NCBI GenBank assembly: GCA_016713875.1
Contig: JADJOI010000003.1
Coordinates: 3,576,069 to 3,640,068 of the forward strand
Source of the DNA: Flavobacteriales bacterium
GTDB lineage: Bacteria; Bacteroidota; Bacteroidia; Flavobacteriales_F; PHOS-HE28
Reading direction: 5' to 3'
Length of the DNA stretch: 64,000 bases
This document shows positions 10,301-20,981 of the stretch, piece by piece. The notes under the pieces are model-generated. The model did not search any database, was not told the DNA's origin, and saw only the letters and a program-made list of their open reading frames with translations. The translations under genes and the position numbers were made by a program. Every line of letters starts with the position of its first letter. Position 1 is the stretch's first letter.

Positions 10301-10598
10301 GGCCGGTCTGATCCCGCTGGTGCTGGCCAGCGGGGCGGGCGCCATCGGCAACCGCACCATCGGCTCCTCCTCGCTGGGTGGCATGCTCGCGGGCACCGTG
10401 GTCGGTGTGCTGGTGATCCCCGGCCTGTACTATGTCTTCGCCACCTTGATCCAGGGCCGCAAGCTCATCAGCGATGAACGCGATGAACCGATGTCCGAAC
10501 AGTTCGTGCGCCACGCCCAGGAGGAGGTGGAGTCGAGGGAGACGATCCGCACGCTCAAGGAGCGGGTGAGCGACCTGTTGAAACGCAAGAAGGACTGA
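7359..10598 (+). CDS. efflux RND transporter permease (HAE1/AcrB family)
   Basis: 1079 aa. MFKNFIQRPVLAIVISVLILFVGGLAM N-terminus and 12-TM AcrB architecture. Intact. Confidence 0.9.
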   Translation: MFKNFIQRPVLAIVISVLILFVGGLAMEQLPTAQFPEIAPTTVNIFIAYPGASADVLTKSTIIQLETAINGVQDMRYIASDATSAGEGTIRVIFEPGTDPDEAVVRVKTRVDQVMPNLPLLVQREGVIITPVQPSMLMYVNLYGNGEDADELFLYNYAFTQLIPEIQRITGVAQAQILGSRKYAMRVWLKPDRMRAYSISAEEVMKAMEEQSLIARPGRLGQSSGINAQSLEYVLVYQGQFNKPEQYRDIIVRANEEGELIRLRDVADVELGSEFFDIYSNLDGRPSASIVLKQTLGSNASDVIAQVKEKLKEQAEFMPPGVDYKVSYDVSTFLDASIEQVLHTLRDAFILVALVVFLFLGDWRSTLIPILAVPVSLIGAFFVMQLFGLSINLITLFALVLAIGIVVDNAIVVVEAVHAKMEADHQLTPYTAVKQVMGEIGGAIIAITLVMVSVFIPISFMTGPVGVFYRQFSITMAGSIVISAVVALTLTPVLCAMLMKPHDGAPRKSILDRGIDAFNRWFERLTGRYVAVLDRIVVRRLLTFGLLAGFCAAIYLSNEVLPAGFIPSEDQGTIYAIVQTPPGSTLETTNEVARELQRICDEIPEVASVSSLAGYEIMTEGRGSNAGTCLIDLKPWNEREKDVNEVMEELEERTRDLGAVIEFFEPPAVPGFGSSAGFSLRMLDKTNGTDYHEFERINNAFMDALRQRKELTGLFTFYAANFPQYEMIVDNDMAMQKGVSIGKAVENLNILIGSTYEQGFIRFGRFFKVYTQAGPEYRRYPSDLSGLFVKNESGEMVPYSSFMRFEKRLGPNEITRYNMYNSATIRGLSVEGYTSGDAIKAIQEVARESLPRGYDIAWEGLSFDEARRGNEALYIFIVVLIFVYLVLAAQYESFVLPLVVILSLPVGVLGSFLMLKAMGLANDVYAQIGIIMLIGLLGKNAVLIVEFAVQRQREGSTVREAAIEGAKARFRPILMTSFAFVAGLIPLVLASGAGAIGNRTIGSSSLGGMLAGTVVGVLVIPGLYYVFATLIQGRKLISDERDEPMSEQFVRHAQEEVESRETIRTLKERVSDLLKRKKD

Positions 10599-12043
10599 TG
10601 CACGAGATCCCCATGCCACGACCGACCGAGCTTCTGACCCGTATCGGCCTTTTCGCCGTGCTTGCGCTCTCCTCCTGCGTACCGGCGTTGAAGGTGCGCG
10701 AGGTGCGCCGGGACATGCCCGGCACGTACGGGGCCGGCAGCGACAGTATCAGTTCCGCAGCGACGCCTTGGGCGCAGTTCCACAGCGATCCCGATCTGCG
10801 GGCCCTGATCGACACAGCGCTGGCGAACAACCAGGAGCTCAACATCATGCTGCAGGAGATCGAGGTGCTCCGCAACGAGGCCCGCGCCCGCAAGGGCGAG
10901 TATCTGCCCTTCGTGGGGTTCGCCGCAGGCGCCGGGATCGAGAAGGCCGGAGAGCACACCCGGAACGGCGCCGTGGAGCGTTCCTTGAACATCGTGGAGG
11001 ACACGCCGTTCCCGGAGCCGTTGAGCGACCTCGGGTTCGGCTTGAGGGCCTCCTGGGAGCTCGACGTGTGGAAACGCTTCCGCAACGCGAGGAAGGCCGC
11101 CACGCTGCGCTATCTGGGCGGGATCGAGGGGCGCAACTTCATGGTGACGAACCTGGTGGCGGAGATCGCGAACAGCTACTATGAACTGCTGGCCTTGGAC
11201 GCCCAGATGTCGATCCTCCGCGCCAACATCACCATCCAACAGGACGCGTTGGAGGTGGTGAAGCTGGAGAAGGAGGCCGCGAAGGTCACCGAACTGGCGG
11301 TGCGGCGCTTCGAGGCCGAGGTGCTCAAGAACCGGAGCGATCTGTTCGACATCCAGCAGCGCATCGTCGAGACGGAGAACCGCATCAATTTCCTGGTGGG
11401 GCGCTACCCACAGCCGGTGCAGCGGGCTTCCGTGGGAGCGCTGGACCTGGTCCCCGCCGCGTTGTCCAGCGGACGGCCCGGAGACCTGCTCACGCATCGT
11501 CCGGACATTCGAAGGGCCGAGCTCGAACTGGAAGCGGCGAAGCTGGATGTGCGATCGGCCCGGGCCTGCTTCTATCCCTCCGTGGGCATCAAGGCGGGGG
11601 TCGGCTTCAACGCGTTCGATGCAGCCCTGCTGCTCGAGTCACCCGCCTCGCTGGTGTACTCCGTGGCGGGCGACCTGGTGGCACCCTTGGTCAACAGGAA
11701 CGCCATCAAGGCGATGTACGCCACCGCGAACGCCCGGCAGCTGCAGGCGGTGCATGCTTATGAGCGGACCGTGCTGGGCGCTACCGTGGAGGTGATGAAC
11801 CAGCTATCGCGGGTCGCCAACCTGGAGAACAGCTATGCCCTGCGGAAGCAGCAGGTGGACGCCCTGGGCGCCTCGATCACCATCTCGGGCAACCTGTTCC
11901 GTTCCGCACGAGCGGACTACATGGAGGTGCTGCTCACCCAGCGCGATGCGTTGGAGTCGCGCTTTGAGCTCGCGGAGACCCGGAAGCAGCGGATGAACGC
12001 GATGGTGAACCTCTACCAAGCGCTGGGTGGGGGCTGGAGGTAG
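10598..12043 (+). CDS. efflux transporter outer membrane factor (TolC/NodT family lipoprotein)
   Basis: Lipobox LALSSC. OEP repeats and the NLYQALGGGW C-terminal motif. Confidence 0.85.
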   Translation: MHEIPMPRPTELLTRIGLFAVLALSSCVPALKVREVRRDMPGTYGAGSDSISSAATPWAQFHSDPDLRALIDTALANNQELNIMLQEIEVLRNEARARKGEYLPFVGFAAGAGIEKAGEHTRNGAVERSLNIVEDTPFPEPLSDLGFGLRASWELDVWKRFRNARKAATLRYLGGIEGRNFMVTNLVAEIANSYYELLALDAQMSILRANITIQQDALEVVKLEKEAAKVTELAVRRFEAEVLKNRSDLFDIQQRIVETENRINFLVGRYPQPVQRASVGALDLVPAALSSGRPGDLLTHRPDIRRAELELEAAKLDVRSARACFYPSVGIKAGVGFNAFDAALLLESPASLVYSVAGDLVAPLVNRNAIKAMYATANARQLQAVHAYERTVLGATVEVMNQLSRVANLENSYALRKQQVDALGASITISGNLFRSARADYMEVLLTQRDALESRFELAETRKQRMNAMVNLYQALGGGWR

Positions 12044-12077
12044 CCGACTATCCGCACATGCGTGAGGCGGTCGCATC

Positions 12078-13526
12078 TCAATGCACGACCACACGGGCCG
12101 TGGCCCTTGCCCCGGAGCCATCGCGCCAGGTGACCAGGAACACACCCGCTCCGGGCGGTCGAAGCTCGAGCGCGTTCCCGGTCAGGGTCCAACGCCCCAG
12201 GGTTCGCCCGAGCACGTCTCTGACCTCGATCGAAGCCGGTCCCGACGACCGTCCCGAGCGGATGGTGAGGAGGCCACCGCGCTCCACCGGGTTGGGCCCC
12301 ACGTTGAACGCGAGCTCTTCACCGCGCTCCTCCACGCCGACGCTGAGTGCGCACTGGGCGAATTGCGGGTTCAGCCAGTCGATGTCCCCGTCGGTGTAGC
12401 ACCGCAAGGGTCCGTTGAGCTCGCCATCGCAGGCCCCGAAGATCCACGGGAACAGGAAGGGGGAGGGACCTAGCCGCTCCACGATGGAGCCATCGCACAA
12501 CGATGCGGTGCCGGCGTTCTGGGTGGCCTGCACCGCCACCTCCAGCGTTCGCAGAGTGAGACCATCGATCACGGTGCTGCCCGTGTCCGTGACGGTCCAG
12601 GTGAGCGTGTCGCTGTTGATCCAGGAGTCTCCGTGATCGGCCCGCATGCTCCAGCTGTCGCCGATATCGGCCCCGATCACGAAGAGCGTCTGAAAAACTA
12701 CTGTCCGCCCCGCACCAGAAGAGCACCGAATCGCCCATGGTGGTGACGAACCGGTGGAACGGCATGCAACCCCCGGATCCTGCGTGGGCTCCAGGATGGA
12801 GCACGTGAGTCCGTCGATGACCGTGTCCCCTACGCATTCGATGACCATTAACCCGCTGTCCGGCGCGAAGGCGAAACGCTGCGTGTAGGTCCAGGTGGCG
12901 CCCACGGGGGCGAAGACGGTGGAGGTCGGTGGTGGTTCGCAATCGTTCGATCCGGGACGCAGATAGGTGCCCAGGTCATCATCCGTGTAGCAGCGCAGCG
13001 GCCAGGGGGGGATCACATCGCAGAAGGCGGCCAGCCAGGGGAACAGGAACAGGGTGTCGCCGATGTGCTCGACCAGCACGCCGCTGCTCTGGGCCCAGGC
13101 CCCCTGTGTGTCGGTCGCTTCAACGTTCAGGGTCCGCAGGGTCTGCCCGTTCACCGTGGTGAGGCCGGTGGACAGCACGGTGTAGGTCACGGTCACCGGG
13201 CCGTTCACCCACACATTCCAGCTCTCGCCGGGCTGCGCGTTCCACCGGTACAACTCGAAGAACTGGGGGAGGAAAAGGTCGTCCGACCAGAACACCGTGT
13301 CGCCGTTCTGGTAGGTGTAGGCGCGTGACTGCCAGCAACCGGTGAAGAACGAACCTTCGATGATGGAGCAGGGGTGGCCGTTCAGGGTGGTATCACCTAC
13401 GACGGTCATGGTGTACGGGACAGCCCAGTGGTCGTAGGTCCATTGAGCCCCGGGTGGGGCGAACTGGGCCTGTACCAGGAAGGTCACGAACAGGCCGATC
13501 GAGGCAAGGAGCTGGCGCATGACCAA
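12078..13526 (-). CDS. T9SS-sorted secreted protein with internal tandem duplication
   Basis: Signal peptide. Two ~190-aa repeats (GDTVIDG...CDG...PLRCYTDD). C-terminal ...GAGVFLVTWRDGSGARATARVVVH CTD. Paralog of 30544-31416. Confidence 0.6.
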   Translation of the reverse strand: MVMRQLLASIGLFVTFLVQAQFAPPGAQWTYDHWAVPYTMTVVGDTTLNGHPCSIIEGSFFTGCWQSRAYTYQNGDTVFWSDDLFLPQFFELYRWNAQPGESWNVWVNGPVTVTYTVLSTGLTTVNGQTLRTLNVEATDTQGAWAQSSGVLVEHIGDTLFLFPWLAAFCDVIPPWPLRCYTDDDLGTYLRPGSNDCEPPPTSTVFAPVGATWTYTQRFAFAPDSGLMVIECVGDTVIDGLTCSILEPTQDPGVACRSTGSSPPWAIRCSSGAGRTVVFQTLFVIGADIGDSWSMRADHGDSWINSDTLTWTVTDTGSTVIDGLTLRTLEVAVQATQNAGTASLCDGSIVERLGPSPFLFPWIFGACDGELNGPLRCYTDGDIDWLNPQFAQCALSVGVEERGEELAFNVGPNPVERGGLLTIRSGRSSGPASIEVRDVLGRTLGRWTLTGNALELRPPGAGVFLVTWRDGSGARATARVVVH

Positions 13527-13569
13527 CTGACGGGCAATGGGGTCGCAACGCTGCCTGAAGGCATTCGGA

Positions 13570-14136
13570 TCAGTCCACCTTCACCACCACGTTCCCGATC
13601 TTCTGACCGGTCTCCACATACCGTGTCGCCTCCACAAGTTCATCGAAGCCCACCACACGATCGATCAGCGGTCGCAAAGTGCCCGCCTCGGCCATGTTCC
13701 GGAAGTGATCCACGTCGGCACGGCTGATGCTGGGAAGCGGGAATAGCACCCGCGGCCCCTTGCGCAGGCCGCCGATGAGTGCCAGGAAGACGTTCTCGCC
13801 GCGCGGACCGAGCTCCGTGCTGATGTAGCAACCCTTTTCGGTGAGCAGGTGCTTGCACAGGGTGAAGCGGCTCTTTCCGACCGCGTCGAAGACCAGATCA
13901 TAAGGTCCAGGTATCGTGCGGAAGTCGGTGGTGGTGCGGTCGATCACGGCGTGTGCCCCCAGCGCCTTGATGCGGTCCACGTAGGGCGTCGAGCACACGG
14001 CGGTCACCTTGGCGCCGAGCGATACTGCGAGTTGCACCGCTCCCGAGCCGATGGCACCCGTGGCCCCGTTCACCAGCACCCGGCTGCCTGCACCATGCTG
14101 CCATCCCCGCGGAACCGCGTGGTCAGGTATCGGCCC
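13570..14136 (-). pseudogene. zinc-type alcohol dehydrogenase/quinone oxidoreductase (MDR) C-terminal fragment, N-terminally truncated
   Basis: Starts at the Rossmann motif RVLVNGATGAIGSGAVQLA. The in-frame upstream sequence reaches a stop after ~19 codons. The GroES-like domain is absent. Confidence 0.6.
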
Positions 14137-14601
14137 TCATCTGCCCGCCCAGGGCACGGGCGCGCACTGCCCGGCTTCCCATGCGAGCATGCCGTGCACG
14201 CGCTCCACGCGCTCAAGCTGCTGCTCTGTGGCCACGGCCTGCACGCGCTGGAAGATCTCGCGCTCCTCGAAGCGGATATGCGAATCAAGCTCTTCCTCGA
14301 TGCCGGAGAGCTCGCTGGGCGCGTCATCATCTGCCAGGAACAGGCGCGTGAGGCGCCGGTGCTGGGCCAGCGCCACCTTCACCAGCGGGTCATCGGCCCC
14401 GAGGACCGGGAATATGGCCTCCTCCTCCACGGCGAAATGCGGCAGCAGCTGCTCGCGGAAATAGCGGGCGCACCGCTGCTTCACCCCAGCCGGATCGGTG
14501 CCAGCGGTTAGTTCTTTCCGGATGTACCAGCACAGCAGCAGGCCATCGTGGTGCTCGCGGCTCATGGGCCGCAGCAGCGCATGCCGCTCAAGCGGCGGCA
14601 T
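14137..14601 (-). CDS. hemerythrin domain protein
   Basis: HFAVEEEAIFP and HIRFEEREIF H-x-x-x-E motifs. Start uncertain (14565 or 14601). Confidence 0.55.
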   Translation of the reverse strand: MPPLERHALLRPMSREHHDGLLLCWYIRKELTAGTDPAGVKQRCARYFREQLLPHFAVEEEAIFPVLGADDPLVKVALAQHRRLTRLFLADDDAPSELSGIEEELDSHIRFEEREIFQRVQAVATEQQLERVERVHGMLAWEAGQCAPVPWAGR

Positions 14602-15320
14602 GGCCCAACTGCTTCTCCAAGGCGATCGCTCGTGGGAAGAGGATGTTGTTCTCCAGGTGGATGTGCAGATGGAGGTCCTGCTCGAACTCCTTGAGCATAC
14701 CATGGCCGTGTAATAGGTGGCGCAGCCATCGGGCGGGTTCTGGTAGCCGTTGCTCAGCTCAGCGATGCGGCGGAAGCGCTCACCCTCGGTCTCATGCTCG
14801 TCCATCATCATGTGCACGGGGTTCTCCACCGTGCCGAAGGGTGGCATGGGCGCGGGCTCGCCGGTCTTCTCGGCCTGCTCCAAGCGCACGATGAAGGGGA
14901 AGAGGATGAGCTCCTCCTTCTTCATGTGCGCGGCCATACCATGGCGCATTCGTTGAACTCCGTAGCGATGTCGAAGAGCTCGGGGTGGCGATCGCCGTGA
15001 ACCCGGCAGAGCTTCTCGAGGAACTGCTGGATGGTGGGGGTGCGGGCCTCGATGTACCGATGGTGCACGCGCTCGATATGCTCCACCAGCCTGCCCAGGC
15101 TCCAGGTCTTGAAGTCGCTATCGGCCGCCGTGTCGCGGTTGAGCACCTCGTGGATCTCCTGCTCGATGACCTTCTGGTCGATGCCCTTGGTGCGGCAGGC
15201 CTCCTCCAAGGAGCGGCCGCCCTTGCAGCAGAAGTCGATGCCATGGGCGTTGAAGACGGCTGCGGTGCGGAAGTCATCGGCCACGATGGAGCCAATGGTG
15301 CTGGTGGGTGCGATTTGCAT
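14588..15320 (-). pseudogene. iron-sulfur cluster repair di-iron protein (RIC/YtfE/ScdA family), two frameshifts
   Basis: N-terminal domain HGIDFCCKGGRSLEEACRTKG in one frame; HMKKEELILFPFIV...MMMDEHETEGE in a second; FEQDLHLHIHLENNILFPRAIALEK terminus in a third. Confidence 0.7.
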
Positions 15321-15414
15321 GGATTGGTTCTTAATTGCGCCAAATGAACGGGCATGCATGGCCGCTTTAGCTGACGCTCGTCAGGACCTTCGGTCATGAA
15401 CTTGTCACGAACGC

Positions 15415-17070
15415 GCTATTCCTTGACCACGATGAGCTGGCTGCGCTGAGCCGCGCCCATGAGCGTAACGCGGTACAGGCCGGCCGGCAAGCCGCGCAGG
15501 TCGATCTTGGCCTGCTGCGCCGCCATTGCCGTTCTGCTTCACCACCAACCGACCGAGCGCGTCGTTCACTTCCAAGCTTACCAGCGCGAATTCGGAGCGA
15601 ACCACCACTTGGCCGCTCGTGGGATTCGGGAACGCGTTCGCACCGCCGCTGGTCGGTTCACTGACTCCAAGCGACGGGTCCTGCACGATGTACTGCAGCA
15701 TCATCATGTTGTCCTCATGCAGCAGGTTGTGGCAGTGGTACATGAAGGGCCATCCGTCGGTGACCTCGCCGAAGCGCATCACCAGCTTCACCGTCCCCAA
15801 GCGGTCCACCAGCACCACGTCCTTGGGCCCTTGCTCCCAGGCGGGCGGCGGCGCACCGTTGCGCTCCAGCACGGTGAACGACACGCCGTGGATGTGCATG
15901 GGGTGCGCCATGTTCGAGTTGTTCACGATGTTCCACACCTCGACGGTGTTGAGCTGCATGGTGTCGTTCACCACGTCGATGTCGAACATGAGGCCGTCGA
16001 TCATGAACATGCCCATGCCCACCATGCCCATGCCGGTGATGGTCTTGGTGCGCGTGCGGATGCTCTCTGATTCCGAAGGCATGGGCACGTTGAGCAGCGC
16101 GGGAGGAATAGCGATGATGGGGTCAACTGTGGGGGCGGTGACGCGGATGCGCAGCACCGGGAAGCTCACGCCGTTGAGGATGCTGCTCTCCCACATCATG
16201 TTGCCCGAGCCGGGCACGGTGTTCGGCAATTCGTCGCCGTAGCTCATCAGCAGCAGGCTGTCGCCTTCCATGCCGGTGAGGTCCAAGAGCACCTCAGCGC
16301 GCTCGCCGTTGCTCAGCCAGAGGCGATCGGTGGCGGTGGGCGCGGGCAGCAGTCCACCATCGCCGGCGATCACGTGCAGGTCCTGGCCGTTGTCGAGGCC
16401 CAGCGGATAGATGCCGCGTTGGATCCGTTGAGCAGGCGCAGGCGCACCACTTGCGCGGGGCATTCCAGGTAGGCGTTCGGCGTGCCGTTCACCAGCACCG
16501 AATCGCCGAAGGGATAGAAGGCGAAGTCGCCGCTGGGGAGGAATTTGCGGTCCTGGATCACCACGGGGAAATCGTCCACGCCGTAATCGCGGGGCAAGGC
16601 GAGCTGTTCTTCCTCTTCATCACGCACGACGATGAAGCCGGCGATGCCGAAGTTGGCCTGCTCCGCCGTGAGCTCGTGCGGATGCGGATGGTACCAGTAT
16701 GTGGCCGCCGGGGTCTTCACCACGAACTCCGCCATGAACGAATCGCCGGGGTCGATGATCCGCCGAGGGCCGCCGTCCATCTCACCGGGCACGTGCATGC
16801 CATGCCAGTGCATGCTGGTCATCTCCGCCAATTCGTTGTGGATGCGGATACGCGCCGTGTCACCACGATGCAGGATCAACGTGGGGCCGAGGTACTCGGC
16901 GCTCGCGCCCAGGTGCTCGTGTTGATACCGGGGTAGAATTGGTGCACGTGCTCGTCGGTCACCAGGTCGAAGGTGTCCAGGTCTAGGGCGGGCGGAATGG
17001 CGAGCGGGTTCTGCGCGGCGAGGGTCAATGAAAGGACCAGTGCGGGCAGCGTGCGGATTCGGGCGATCAT
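15415..17070 (-). pseudogene. multicopper oxidase (CopA/CueO-like) with T9SS C-terminal domain, at least 3 frameshifts
   Basis: Signal peptide frame (MIARIRTLPALVLSLTLAAQ) shifts to the HWHGMHVPGEMDGGP frame, then the HPMHIHG...MYHCHNLLHEDNMMM frame, then the LYRVTLMGAAQRSQLIVVKE* CTD frame. Confidence 0.75.
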
Positions 17071-17469
17071 GGGTGCAGGTATTCGCCGCCGAAGGTATCC
17101 AGTGGTGGCGGGCAGGCGCCTGCTGTCGATCAGCTGCCAGCGGTGCCGGTGGCCGCCGCGCGCATCTATCTTCTTAGCCCCGACTTTGACGAGAATGATG
17201 GCGATCCGAAGAACCCCAGCCCCCGTGGGCGGGCTGGTGCCCCTGGGCCCAAGGCGTGTGGCCCATCGCGTGGCGCGGCCCGCATGCCGTGCTCAAATGG
17301 GTGTACACAATACATGCGAAGCCGCCCATGGTGGCTTGCGCATCCATTGGAATGTGAGCCAGGCCGACATCGTGCGCGCCATGGAGGCGCACGCGGCCTT
17401 CAGCCGGGCGCCTCCGTGCAGCTCGGCCCACTGGTGCGCCGGCGCATCCTGCAACGCAAGTGGAGCTTC

Positions 17470-17560
17470 GAGCGCGGCAGCTTCTTCTACCGCATCGAGG
17501 GCGCACGGCCCGGACGCGAATGGAGCATGGGCGAGCAGGAGCCCCTGGAGCGGCTGAAAG
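17470..17560 (+). repeat. ~90-bp direct repeat, copy 1
   Basis: ttcgagcgcggcagcttcttc...gaatggagcatgggcgagcagga...ctggagcgg; about 85% identical to 18012-18100. Confidence 0.8.
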
Positions 17561-17680
17561 CGGTGGAAGAAGCGTGAAGCGGTGACCCCGGCTCACGCGC
17601 CCAATGCACGCAACGCCTCATACACCCGTTGCGTGGGCAGGTGCTCATTTGCTCACCTGCATGCGCATGGCAGGAGCGCG

Positions 17681-17983
17681 ATGATCGCGCACCTTGCGCC
17701 CATGCCCGCATGGCTCAGCGAAGCACCGCGGTCCATCACGCTCCGCGTGCATGTGCAGCCCGGCGCCAAGCGCACCGAGGTGGCTGGCACGCATGGCGAT
17801 GCGCTCAAGATCCGCCTGGCCGCTCCGCCGGTGGATGGGCAGGCGAACGAAGCGCTCCTCTCCTATCTAGCGGAGCAATTCGGCGTGCCCAAGCGGCAGG
17901 TGGAATTGGTGAGCGGGCACGCGAGCCGCAGCAAGCGCGTGCTGGTGATTGAACCTGTGCACAGGCCGGATCGGGGGTGGTGA
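17681..17983 (+). CDS. DUF167/YggU family protein
   Basis: ITLRVHVQPGAKRTEVAGTHGDALKIRLAAPPVDGQANEALLSYLAEQFGVPKRQVELVSGHASRSKRVLV. Confidence 0.75.
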   Translation: MIAHLAPMPAWLSEAPRSITLRVHVQPGAKRTEVAGTHGDALKIRLAAPPVDGQANEALLSYLAEQFGVPKRQVELVSGHASRSKRVLVIEPVHRPDRGW

Positions 17984-18011
17984 AGCCGCCTGTCTGCGCA
18001 GGCCGTGCCGC

Positions 18012-18100
18012 TTCGAACGCGGCAGCTTCTTCGGCCGCATCCAAGGCGCGAGGCCCGGACGCGAATGGAGCATGGGCGAGCAGGAATTGCTGGAGCGGTT
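18012..18100 (+). repeat. ~90-bp direct repeat, copy 2
   Basis: See 17470-17560. Confidence 0.8.
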
Positions 18101-18809
18101 GAAGGCGGGGAAGAACCAGCGATCGCGTGCGCGATGTCACGGTGAAGAATAGTCATGATCGAGCCCGGATGCTTCGTTGACAACGGCCCTGCGAGATATC
18201 GTTCCGATCGCGACTAATGCTGCTCACCATCAATACTGCCATGCCGCGCCCACGCCCCTTCCCGCATTGCTCGTGCTCACGACAGCAACTTGTGCCACCT
18301 CCGCGCAGCGCTTCCCGGCGGCAGCAAAGTGCAGTACGGCGAGAAGGATGGCGCGCCCTACCTGGCGCAATGGACCGATGGCGCCTCGGTGCCCATCGCG
18401 GTGACCGCCGGTGTGGCGCCCGCGAAAGGAGAAATCGAGGGCGTGTGCGCCGATGTGTAACGCGACCTCTTCGGCGGCTGAATCCGCTGGCGTCACCACG
18501 CTCCACCAGGTCTTCAACGCCGACCTCAACCCTATTGGGTTCATGGTGGAGAAGCCGCTGGGCAACCTCTTCGATCATATCGCGGGGAAGATGAGGGAGG
18601 CGCATGGGTAGGAAGCAAGGGCACGGGGGCGCCGAAGACGGAGAGCCCGCTGCGGTTGAGAAGCAGTGCCATACACGGATGCAAGACCCGATGATCCTGG
18701 TCACGGTATGGAGCATCCGGGCGGGGTGCTACATTCCGGCCCGCAAGCGCTTCGCGACGCGCGCGGCCACCGCCCATGCCTTGATCCATGAAGACAGCCT
18801 CGCACACCC

Positions 18810-19509
18810 ATGGAGAACACCAGGATCCTGATCGTTGAGGATGAGCCGGATGTCCTGCAGTTCATCCGCCAGGGGCTGGAGGAGCATGGGTTCACGGTGG
18901 ATTTCGCCTATGATGGCGAATGCGGGAAGAAACTCGCGCTGTCCAGGAACTACGACCTGATCGTGCTCGACCTGATCATCCCGCAGCTCAACGGGCTCGA
19001 GCTGTGCCGCACCCTCCGCGAACGCGGGCTGGAATCCAAAGTGCTCATGCTGACGGCGCTGGGCACGCTGGATGACAAGCTCGAAGGCTTCGAGGCCGGG
19101 GCGGACGACTACCTCATCAAGCCCCTTCGAGTTCCCTGAGCTGCTGGCCCGCGTGAACGCGCTCCTGAAGCGCACTGCGCACACGGCCCCGGCGGCGGCA
19201 GCGCCGCAGAACATCCTGCGCGTAGCCGACCTGGAGATCAACTGCGACTCGAAGCGGGCGAGGCGAGGAGGCGAAGAGATCGCGCTCACAGCCAAGGAAT
19301 TCGGCCTGCTGGAGCTGTTGGTGCGCAACAAGAACCGCGTGGTGAGCAAAGTGGAGATCGCCGAGAAGATCTGGGACATCCACTTCGACCGGGGCACCAA
19401 CGTGATCGAGGTGTACATCAACTTCATTCGGAAGAAGGTGGACAAGGGTCATCCGGTGAAGCTGCTGCACACCGTGGTGGGCATGGGCTACGTCATCAAG
19501 GATGCATGA
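18810..19509 (+). pseudogene. OmpR-family response regulator, 1 frameshift
   Basis: Receiver domain (ILIVEDEPDV...DLIVLDLIIPQLNG) shifts frame at a C-run near 19125 into a winged-helix domain (LTAKEFGLLELLVRNKNRVVSK...VVGMGYVI). Confidence 0.75.
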
Positions 19510-19512
19510 GGC

Positions 19513-20933
19513 ATGAAGATCAAGACCCGGTTCACCCTGCTCTTCGCCTTCGTGGTGGGCGCGATCCTCTTCTTCTTCTCCTATGCCATCTATTACTTCT
19601 CACAGGATTACCGGCAGAAGGATTTCGAGCTGCGGCTGCGCGATCGGGCAGTGGAGGTGCTCGAGTCGGTGAAGAGCGAAACGGCGCCCGCGCAGCGCAA
19701 CGAGGAGGACAACCCCCATGCGCTGATCGGCGAACGCTCGCCATCCATGCCACCGATGGCCGGTTGCTGTTCGGCGAAGCGATACCCCTGCCCGCCGCCA
19801 TGGGCCTTGCGAGGGTGCATGAGCAGAGTCCCTACACCTGGGCCGAGAAGGACCGAAGGGAGGGCATCGCTTTCCTGCACACCTATGATGGCGTCGAGCA
19901 TGTCATCATCTCCACCGCCTACGACCGGCACGGGTGGAACTACATCGACAACCTCAAGCGCATCCTCATCGTCCGTCCGATCATCCTCATGCTCATCATC
20001 TTCATCAGCGGCTACGTGTTCGTGAGCTTCTTCCTCAAGCCCATTTCGACATGGTGAAGCAGGTGGACCGACCACCCACAGCAACCTCAGCCATCGGCTC
20101 ACGGCTGCGCATCCGCATGACGAGATCGGGCAGCTCACCGCCACCTTCAACCGCATGCTCGACCGGCTCGAGTCAGCCTTCAACGTGCAGAAGCGCTTCG
20201 TATCGAATGCCTCGCATGAGCTCCGCAATCCGCTCACGGCCATCGGCGGCAAGATCGATGTGGCGCTGATAAAGGACCGCGGCACCGAGGAATACAAAGA
20301 GACCCTCAAGGCCATCTCGGTCCACATCCGAAGCCTCAGCGCGCTCACCAACAACCTGCTTGAACTGGCCAACAGCGATGTGGAGACGCTCTTCCAGAAC
20401 CTGGAGGAGGTGCGGGTGGACGAGGTGCTTTGACCTGCCGCGAGAACCTGCTCAAGCAGAACCCCGACTATCGCGTGGACATCCGCTTCGAGGGCATCAG
20501 CGACGATGGGGCCGACCTGCTGTGCAAGGGCAAGAGCAAGCTGCTGGAGACCGCCTTCATCAACATGGCCGAGAATGCCTGCAAGTATTCCGAGGACCGC
20601 ACGGTGCGTATCCGCGTCACCGCTGACAAACGCAACATCATCCTGTTCTTCACCGACCATGGCATCGGCATGCCGGAGGAGTACCTGAAGCACCTCTTCG
20701 AGCCTTTCCACAGGGGTCGCAACGTGCATGGTGTCTCCGGCAAGGGCATCGGGCTGGCGCTGGTCAAGGGCATCATCAAGCTGCACTCCGGGAAGATCTT
20801 CGTGCAGTCCAAGGTCAACCGCGGCACCACCATTGAGATCGCGCTGCCCAAGATGGCCTGGAGCCGCTGGCCGGTCTTTAAGGCGGTTTTAACGAGGCGC
20901 GCGTTGAAGGCCGACCGAGGCGCTGATCTTTAA
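19513..20933 (+). pseudogene. sensor histidine kinase, at least 4 frameshifts
   Basis: TM N-terminus; then the HisKA motif FVSNASHELRNPLTAI and HATPase motifs (NMAENACKYS, DHGIGMPEEYLKHLFEPFHRG, GKGIGLALVKGII) spread over 4 frames. Confidence 0.75.
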
Positions 20934-20981
20934 TGAGGCTTAATGCCATGCTAAGCGGGCTTTAAGGAGGCGGTTCCAGCT

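Noticed and set aside
17080-17680. Possible structured ncRNA (tmRNA, RNase P, SRP RNA, 6S) in the gene-free stretch
   Set aside because: I looked for hallmark motifs (tmRNA tag-reading frame and CCA-adjacent acceptor; RNase P GGAAAGUCCGGGC; SRP GGAAGCAGCCA) and found none. The question is left open for a covariance-model scan.
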